Below, piece by piece: positions 63,690 to 64,000 of a DNA stretch of 64,000 bases (position 1 is its first letter; every line of letters starts with the position of its first letter). Location of the stretch: the NCBI GenBank assembly GCA_000934665.2, contig JYFJ02001691.1:1-64000 (forward strand), read 5' to 3'. Below the pieces are notes generated by a model. That model had not been told where the DNA came from, did not search any database, and worked only from the letters and a program-made list of their open reading frames with translations. Both the position numbers and the translations under genes were made by a program. The stretch comes from Catajapyx aquilonaris. Lineage: Eukaryota.

Positions 63690-64000
63690 TATTACAGCTT
63701 TTACCGTTATTACATTTTAAAAGCTACAACTTTAGCTACTACCCTACTATTTTAGCCATTACAATTTTAGTCATTACAATGTATGAGCTATTACGATTGT
63801 TAATTATTACAATCTTATGGGCTGCTACGGTTGTTAGTTATTACAATAATTGTTAGCTATTATAATATTATTAGTTATTACAATAATTGTTAGCTATTAT
63901 AATATTATTAGTTATTACAATAATTGTTAGCTATTATAATTATTAGTTATTACGATAATTATTAGATATTACAATAATTGTTAGCTTTTATAATTATTAG
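63690..64000. repeat. TTA(C/T)AAT minisatellite
   Basis: TAGTTATTACAATAATTGTTAGCTATTATAAT tandem units. Confidence 0.85.

Overview
Non-coding, extremely repeat-dense eukaryotic DNA, probably from an invertebrate (arthropod-like SINE and Helitron signatures; this is inference). I found no credible protein-coding exon, transposase or RT. The ORF track is explained by microsatellites, minisatellites and repeats. The window is a mosaic of short unique spacers and nested non-autonomous elements. (1) A clan of about 10 MITEs shares C(A/G)AGGGGTTA termini and often 8-bp TSDs (P-element-like, hAT not excluded); different members carry different internal minisatellites. (2) There are seven copies of a ~240-340 bp Helitron, including a composite at 52445-53402 that appears to have captured ~430 bp of flanking DNA whose source copy lies at 41595-42093. 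(3) A DINE-1/HINE-like Helentron family is scattered throughout. (4) At least five tRNA-derived SINE families occur, including Deu/Nin-like and V-domain-like ones; three share a 3' tail. (5) Tc1/mariner-, Kolobok-, Harbinger- and hAT-like MITEs, a solo LTR, many fold-back palindromes and satellite arrays complete the picture. Superfamily calls rest on terminal motifs and TSDs read by eye, not on database searches.
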